32,000 nucleotides of DNA, from NCBI GenBank assembly GCA_024275415.1, contig JAJRZD010000039.1, positions 2,968-34,967 of the forward strand. Reading direction: 5' to 3'. The notes beneath the pieces are model-generated. The model saw only the letters and a list, made by a program, of their open reading frames with translations, did no database searches and was not told the origin of the DNA. The position numbers and the translations under genes were made by a program. Positions 28,107-32,000 of the stretch are shown here, in pieces (position 1 is the first letter of the stretch; each line of letters starts with the position of its first letter). The stretch is from an archaeon (lineage in GTDB: Archaea > Asgardarchaeota > Thorarchaeia > Thorarchaeales > Thorarchaeaceae).

Positions 28107-29228
28107 ATGGCTACTCGGCTTCAGCTTCTCAGATATCCATTCTCACGAGAAGCCCGTCAAGCGATGCAACGAGTGGCAAGAGACCTTGGAACGCTTATCA
28201 ACATTGTCGAGGCACAAGAGGGAAACTATGTTATTCGTGAAGCAACAGAAAGAGTCTACGCTGCATTGAATCAGGAAGAGATAGTGACTGTCAATACGAA
28301 CGACGACAGGGACTTCTTGATCTACTCCACGGCACGTCTGATTGTGGAGAAACTTGGCGACAACAGACTGAAAGAATATCAGGCAGAAGCCGAGTCCAAG
28401 GCAGTGAACAAGCATCTCGGCAATGAATCGGACGACTTTGTGATGCATCTTTGCAGGACAAGCTTTGATTGGGACGTAGAGAGGGTTGGGGGGAGCACAA
28501 AGAAGTCCGCCCTTCCGGACTATCTGCAACGATTTGACTTCCAAATGTCCTTCATCAATTTCCTTGAGATAGCGCCACGGTTCCATGCGGACGAATGGAA
28601 GCTCGTCAATCGCATAGTGGAGCGCGGAAAAGTTCCAGTGAGGGGGTCAGAACTTCGACGCCTGATATCGGAAAAGTTCAAAATTCTCATCCTCAACAGC
28701 ACGTTGTCTGTGCCGACTCTACCCCGAAACCTCAGTCTAGCAGTCCAGCAAATCGAGTCGGATCTCAAGGTCAAGCTGAAACGGAGCGAGCCAATCAAGT
28801 TCACAGAAAAGACGGTCACAGCATTCCCACCTTGCATTACTGCGATGCATCAGACTGCACTTGAAGGGAAGAACCTGTCACATCATGCCCGCTTCACCCT
28901 TGCATCGTTCCTCCTGAAGATAGGGATGTCAGAGGATGAGGTGCTTGGTATCTTCAAATCCGCTCCAGATTTTGTCAGGGGTCTTGCTGAGTATCAGGTC
29001 AGGCACATCGCTTCCAAGTCAGGAGGCGAGGGATACACGCCGCCGGCATGCCGCAATCTCAGAGGGAATGGGTTGTGCCCTGTATACCAGGGAACCACCT
29101 TTGATCCTCTTTGCGAGTACATCGTCCACCCACTGGGTTTCTATGAAACGAGGGCATGGGAGATTTCAAAGGGCGTCAAGAGCCATTCATGGTATGCTCA
29201 AAAAAGAAAGAAGTTGCAAAGCTTCTAG
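28107..29228 (+). CDS. priL: DNA primase large subunit
   Basis: C-terminal Fe-S domain FPPC...HHARFTLASFL...YTPPACRNL...LCP...C. ATG 28107 with GGTGA SD (track start GTG 28098). Confidence 0.92.
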   Translation: MATRLQLLRYPFSREARQAMQRVARDLGTLINIVEAQEGNYVIREATERVYAALNQEEIVTVNTNDDRDFLIYSTARLIVEKLGDNRLKEYQAEAESKAVNKHLGNESDDFVMHLCRTSFDWDVERVGGSTKKSALPDYLQRFDFQMSFINFLEIAPRFHADEWKLVNRIVERGKVPVRGSELRRLISEKFKILILNSTLSVPTLPRNLSLAVQQIESDLKVKLKRSEPIKFTEKTVTAFPPCITAMHQTALEGKNLSHHARFTLASFLLKIGMSEDEVLGIFKSAPDFVRGLAEYQVRHIASKSGGEGYTPPACRNLRGNGLCPVYQGTTFDPLCEYIVHPLGFYETRAWEISKGVKSHSWYAQKRKKLQSF

Positions 29229-29249
29229 TCACACATGTGAGCGCTATAT

Positions 29250-30095
29250 TCAGGTGTTATTTGGAGATGTGTTCCTCGCAAAATAGTAAAGATATTCTTG
29301 GGCATAGCCGGCATACTTGCCGAAGTATCCTCTTGCAGCCCGTGACTTTCGCCTGTAAGAGCTCCCAGTATTCGAGAACAACCCATATCGCTCCTGAAGG
29401 ACTCGCTCGATCCATACATCAATAGGGAATGCTTCGAGATGACCGAGCGCAAAAAGACTCACGCAGTCAGCCACCTTGTCGCCCACCCCATGCAGCAACT
29501 TCAAGTTTCGGTGGGCGTCCTCGTAGGGGATGTCTGTTAGGTGCTCGATGTCCACGACACCTTCAATAATCATCTCTGTGGATTGTTTGATGAATTCCGC
29601 TCGCCATGCAAGTCCAAGAGACCTCAAGAAACCAGTATCGATAGCATGGATTTGTTCTGGTGTTGGCATTCCATAGTAGGTCTTCCTTCTCAGGCGATAC
29701 GAAGAACCGCATCTCTCGCGCAATCTCTTTACCATAGTCTGTACCACAGGGATGCTCTTCCATGTCGCACAGAGGAACGAAACCAAGCACGGATAGACGG
29801 GGTCTTGGATGATCCTCAGACCGGGAGCGAAAGCGATGCTCTGTCGGATGAATGGGTCTTTCGCAATAGAAGTATGGATCTCATCAAGAGGGTCTCTCAG
29901 CCTGAACAGCCTTTCGATGTCTGCGTCGCCATCAGATGACTCCCACTGGAGGACATTGCCATCCTGTTCGACATAGACCACCTGACCAATATCTGCATTG
30001 ACATATCCATCTCCTTCGGGTGTCCAACAGAAGGTCTGGCCACACTCCACTGTATCCTTCAGACTGAATTGAGTCACTTCTAGCTCATTCATCAC
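29250..30095 (-). CDS. ogg: 8-oxoguanine DNA glycosylase (OGG1-type HhH-GPD)
   Basis: N-terminal ECGQTFCW, HhH GVGDKVADCV with the catalytic Lys position, FPIDVW Asp, AGYAQEYLY. Confidence 0.85.
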   Translation of the reverse strand: MMNELEVTQFSLKDTVECGQTFCWTPEGDGYVNADIGQVVYVEQDGNVLQWESSDGDADIERLFRLRDPLDEIHTSIAKDPFIRQSIAFAPGLRIIQDPVYPCLVSFLCATWKSIPVVQTMVKRLRERCGSSYRLRRKTYYGMPTPEQIHAIDTGFLRSLGLAWRAEFIKQSTEMIIEGVVDIEHLTDIPYEDAHRNLKLLHGVGDKVADCVSLFALGHLEAFPIDVWIERVLQERYGLFSNTGSSYRRKSRAARGYFGKYAGYAQEYLYYFARNTSPNNT

Positions 30096-30125
30096 AGAAT
30101 CACATTGACAATTCTCACAAGAGTG

Positions 30126-30998
30126 TTATGATAGAGGGGCGTCCACAATCCTGCTCAGCTGCTCCAAGTGTTGATGTGAGGAGTTAGTCATACCCTTGTC
30201 TTTCAAGGCCGCTATTGCATTTCGATAGTGTTCGCGGACTCTCTCATCAACAGTCCCTTTCAGGAGAAATTCAACAAGAGAAGTAAGTGATGTAATATGT
30301 ACACTTAGTGCACCTTCGTCTATATCATCGAGATTCACTGCCCAATCTTTGAACTGCTGAAGGTACCTGATGTTGCTCTTGACCAGATTGTTATCGTATT
30401 GAACCGGGTCATGTCCTGAAACCAATGCAATCCAGTCGCGCCGCAAATAGTCTTTGAGCGTCGATATGTATACCTCGAACTCGGGGTTGTTGACATAGGG
30501 GATGTCAGACTCGACATTATCTCCGACGAATAAAACCTTCTCCTCATGGTCGATGCATGACGATGAATCGTGAGTGTGCCCAGGAGTGTGGAAGAACTCG
30601 ACATTATCATCCGCAAACCTCACCTTCGTGGTGAACAACAAGTTTGGCGACCTGAGTGTCACAGTCCCCTGCATATAGTCGCTCCATCTCCGTAGTTCCG
30701 CTTCACCTTCTGACAGGATCCTTTCACGTGTGTACAGATGTCCAACAGTCACCGCTTTCTTAAAGTGACAGTTCCCCCATATATGATCCCAGTCAGCATG
30801 TGAGTTGAAGATGACCACTGGCTTCTTGTTCATACCTTCCTGCTCGATTATCTTGGAAACGACTGTCATGGAGTCCGGCCCCAAGAAAGTATCGCATACA
30901 TAGACTCGGTTATCACCGAGTATCAGGTGCGTCGCGGTTCGGAATGGCTCCTCGAAGATGACAGTGATGTTCCGGTCTGTGATCCTCTCGATGTTCAT
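30126..30998 (-). CDS. MBL-fold metallo-hydrolase (cyclase-like)
   Basis: NSHADWDHIWGN, TPGHT, FVGD, SGH. Confidence 0.88.
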   Translation of the reverse strand: MNIERITDRNITVIFEEPFRTATHLILGDNRVYVCDTFLGPDSMTVVSKIIEQEGMNKKPVVIFNSHADWDHIWGNCHFKKAVTVGHLYTRERILSEGEAELRRWSDYMQGTVTLRSPNLLFTTKVRFADDNVEFFHTPGHTHDSSSCIDHEEKVLFVGDNVESDIPYVNNPEFEVYISTLKDYLRRDWIALVSGHDPVQYDNNLVKSNIRYLQQFKDWAVNLDDIDEGALSVHITSLTSLVEFLLKGTVDERVREHYRNAIAALKDKGMTNSSHQHLEQLSRIVDAPLS

Positions 30999-31315
30999 GG
31001 ATGGTCACATTCATGATGGTAAACCAAACAACTTGAATCCCACGATGCGTTCAAAGGATATCCAAATGGTCAGGATGGAAGACAAGCACGTAAAAAGAGT
31101 AATATCCAGACCATCTAAGAGGAATCCTGCGGTGATGATGAATTACCATATGTGTGAGTATGAACGTATGATCGTCCCAAGGGGTATCTGAACCGCGCAT
31201 CATACTTCTTCAGGCTTACAATGTACATGGACTACTGTGTTTCGTCTTTCGTTCCTCAAAAAGAAAGAGGAGTGACCCTAGCCATGACTGAGGGGGAGGT
31301 GAGTGCTCATGATGG

Positions 31316-32000
31316 TTACTTCAATACCTTGAACACGCCAGCTGGGGTCACAGAATCAGCAAAGGTCGCACCGCTTTCATTAACCCATCTGAAGAAGTCT
31401 TCTTTCTTGATCGCTCCGTATGCACCTTCATTAAGGAGGACATAAAGCTCGGTATACTTGTCCATCACAGGATAGAATGCCTCTGTGCCAAAGAACAGGC
31501 CGCCGGGCTTGAGAATCCGCATCATTTCTTTCGTGGCTTTCTCTGCGTCACACCAATGGAGGACTTGCGATGTGTACACCATATCAAAGAACTCGTCCTC
31601 GAAGGGGAGCTCCTCAGCAGAGCCTTGGAAATATGTGGGGTGATGCTCTGCCATCGACTCGACTGTTTCTCTATCAATCCCATGCAACCTTGAGACATAC
31701 ATCGCGAATTCTTCCTCAGCAATCCGCAACAGATTGGGGTCATATTCAAGAGCGTGTATCTTCACCGGATTGTCAGAGTCAAATGCGCCCTTCTTGTAGT
31801 AGTAGCCCCATATCGCTGCTGTTCCAACCCCACTTCCACAGCCGACATCAATGAAGTTCCCTCTCCTATTCAAGGCGTCCGAGAATTTGAATGCTGCTTT
31901 TCGAATCTGCTCATACATCTTCAAATTGAGGGCGTCGTCCCAATTGAACACGTTCATCTCATCGTGGAAAGTGGTATATGTCCCTTTCAATCGGTGAGGA
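31316..32000 (-). CDS. Class I SAM-dependent methyltransferase, 5' end probably off the window
   Basis: DVGCGSG, SAEELPFEDEFFDMV, LKPGG. The frame stays open upstream of 31990 to the window end. Confidence 0.88.
   Translation of the reverse strand, partial: PHRLKGTYTTFHDEMNVFNWDDALNLKMYEQIRKAAFKFSDALNRRGNFIDVGCGSGVGTAAIWGYYYKKGAFDSDNPVKIHALEYDPNLLRIAEEEFAMYVSRLHGIDRETVESMAEHHPTYFQGSAEELPFEDEFFDMVYTSQVLHWCDAEKATKEMMRILKPGGLFFGTEAFYPVMDKYTELYVLLNEGAYGAIKKEDFFRWVNESGATFADSVTPAGVFKVLK

Noticed and set aside
15-31854. Numerous 60-250 aa ORFs in the track overlapping larger genes (e.g. 2228-2722, 16753-17514, 28143-28586, 29541-29939)
   Set aside because: These are antisense or alternative-frame shadows of well-supported genes, with no recognisable motifs.

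Overview
Gene-dense archaeal window of about 50% GC. The archaeal assignment rests on the archaeal-type asd, primase large subunit PriL, DUF763 and GGTGA/GGAGG Shine-Dalgarno sites. The abundant membrane-anchored glycoproteins suggest an Asgard (Thorarchaeota-like) genome, which is inference only. From left to right: a secreted alpha/beta hydrolase (partial, missing from the ORF track) downstream of a minus-strand type VII (MacB/LolCDE/FtsX-like) ABC locus with two ~960-aa permeases and two ATPases, one fused to an AbrB-like domain and a zinc ribbon; mobB; two tandem paralogous membrane-anchored M28-fold proteins with degenerate active sites and 22-aa acidic Ca-binding repeats; a small ORF plus asd-lysC; acetoacetate-CoA ligase; several methyltransferases, MBL-fold hydrolases, HAD, TPR, radical SAM, DUF763 and thioredoxin-like genes; priL; and an OGG1-type glycosylase. 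The least explained feature is a ~190-nt intergenic element present twice (22093-22279 and 27906-28101). The copies are about 83% identical by hand alignment, and their differences largely preserve a multi-stem RNA fold on the + strand. There is one fully compensatory change, a 10-nt indel confined to a loop, and invariant complementary loop motifs GGAC/GUCC. It is a candidate undescribed structured ncRNA, cis-regulatory leader or non-autonomous mobile element.
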